Assembly: GCA_026005055.1 (NCBI GenBank)
Contig: BPKI01000001.1
Span: 1,939,290-2,003,289, forward strand
Direction: 5' to 3'
DNA from: Lysobacterales bacterium
GTDB lineage: Bacteria; Pseudomonadota; Gammaproteobacteria; Xanthomonadales; BPKI01
Length of the DNA stretch: 64,000 nt
A program made the translations under genes and the position numbers. The notes beneath the pieces are model-generated. The model was not told where the DNA came from. It was given only the letters and a program-made list of their open reading frames with translations, and made no database searches. Of the stretch, positions 63,181-64,000 are shown piece by piece (the first letter of the stretch is position 1; each line of letters opens with the position of its first letter).

Positions 63181-64000
63181 ATGTCGAACACCGCTGCCCC
63201 CGCTTCTTTCCTTTGGTTCGACCTCGAGACTTTCGGCCGGGACGCGCGCCGCAACCGGATCGCTCAATTCGCGTGCGTGCGCACCGACGCCGAGCTCCGA
63301 GCGATCGGGGACCCGATCAGCTTGCTCTGCCGCCTCGATGAGGACGTTCTCCCCAGCCCGCAATCCTGTTGGGTGACCGGCTTGACGCCCCAACGCTGTC
63401 TTGAGGGACTCCCCGAGCCGCTCTTCGCCGCCGAAATCGCGACCCTTGCGAGCGAGCCGAACACCTGTCTTGCCGGATTCAACAACATCCGCTTCGATCA
63501 CGAGTTCCTGCGTTTTCTCTTCTATCGCAACTTTTTCGATCCTTACGCCTGCGAATGGCAGCGAAACAACTCGCGCTTCGATCTGCTCGATCCGCTGCGC
63601 CTCGCCTATGCCTTGCGGCCCGAGGGGCTCCATTGGCCTCAGCGCGCGGATGGTTCAGGCCCCTCCTTCAAGCTCGCCGACCTCGCCCTCGCGAACGGCA
63701 TTGCTCATGACTCGCACAACGCGCTCGGCGATGTCCTGGCGACCTTGGAGCTCGCACGAAAGCTCAAAGAGGCGCAACCGAGGCTGTGGAACTACGCGCT
63801 CGCACTCCGCGACAAGCGTCGCGTCCGCGAAGAGATCGAGATCGGCAAGCCTCTTTTCTACGTCTCGGGCCGCTACCCGGCGGAGCGCGGCTGCGCCGCC
63901 CTCGTTCTCCCGCTGGCCGAGCTCTCGAATGGAGAAGCGAGCTACCTCGTCTTCGATCTCGCATGCGATCCAAAGCCGCTCTTGAGGCTCGTGCAGCGAC
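63181..64000 (+). CDS. sbcB: Exodeoxyribonuclease I, N-terminal part. It runs off the window, so it is not in the ORF track.
   Basis: It translates from the ATG as MSNTAAPASFLWFDLETFGRDARRNRIAQFACVRTD...GFNNIRFDHEFLRFLFYRNFFDPY...HNALGDVLATLELAR (DEDDh ExoI motifs). The frame stays open to nt 64000. Confidence 0.9.
   Translation, partial: MSNTAAPASFLWFDLETFGRDARRNRIAQFACVRTDAELRAIGDPISLLCRLDEDVLPSPQSCWVTGLTPQRCLEGLPEPLFAAEIATLASEPNTCLAGFNNIRFDHEFLRFLFYRNFFDPYACEWQRNNSRFDLLDPLRLAYALRPEGLHWPQRADGSGPSFKLADLALANGIAHDSHNALGDVLATLELARKLKEAQPRLWNYALALRDKRRVREEIEIGKPLFYVSGRYPAERGCAALVLPLAELSNGEASYLVFDLACDPKPLLRLVQR

Overview
The window is visibly high in G+C (I did not compute the value). It looks like a stretch of proteobacterial chromosome, probably gammaproteobacterial judging from the nudJ-like/mnmA/hflD, clpS-clpA and long-form pstSCAB-phoU arrangements. 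Coding density is high. Most of the long ORFs in the track are antisense or shadow-frame artefacts of the GC content. I chose frames by recognisable protein motifs, third-position GC bias and operon geometry. All family assignments come from motif recall only, with no BLAST or HMM run.

Housekeeping content:
- gltB (3' part) and gltD, followed by tRNA-Arg(CCT)
- an ALDH7-like aldehyde dehydrogenase and ispG
- pstS-pstC-pstA-pstB-phoU, and clpS-clpA
- a Nudix gene with mnmA and hflD, then a type-B L36 gene that is absent from the ORF track
- aguA-aguB and a DUF349 protein
- an MdtABC-like RND efflux operon (adaptor plus two pumps)
- a transglutaminase-like protein, an M15 peptidase, an AlkA-like glycosylase, a penicillin-acylase-family protein, and the 5' part of sbcB

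Accessory-looking content:
- a secreted S8 protease with a P-domain
- a DUF1800/DUF1501 pair
- a bactofilin gene translationally coupled to a zinc-ribbon gene

The main candidate system is a six-gene, same-strand cluster at 8707-21582. It encodes:
- a cytoplasmic flavo-FeS protein with two cNMP-binding domains
- a membrane protein with two histidine pairs spaced as in di-haem b proteins
- a membrane-anchored decahaem c-type cytochrome with an FHA-like cytoplasmic N-terminus
- a lipoprotein with tandem GlcG/DUF336 domains
- a large putative outer-membrane beta-barrel
- a 1324-aa decahaem cytochrome fused to an LVIVD-repeat beta-propeller

Read together these look like a regulated redox chain running from the cytoplasm to the outer membrane. 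I cannot match it to a characterised system. I found no CRISPR array, transposase, integrase or rRNA.
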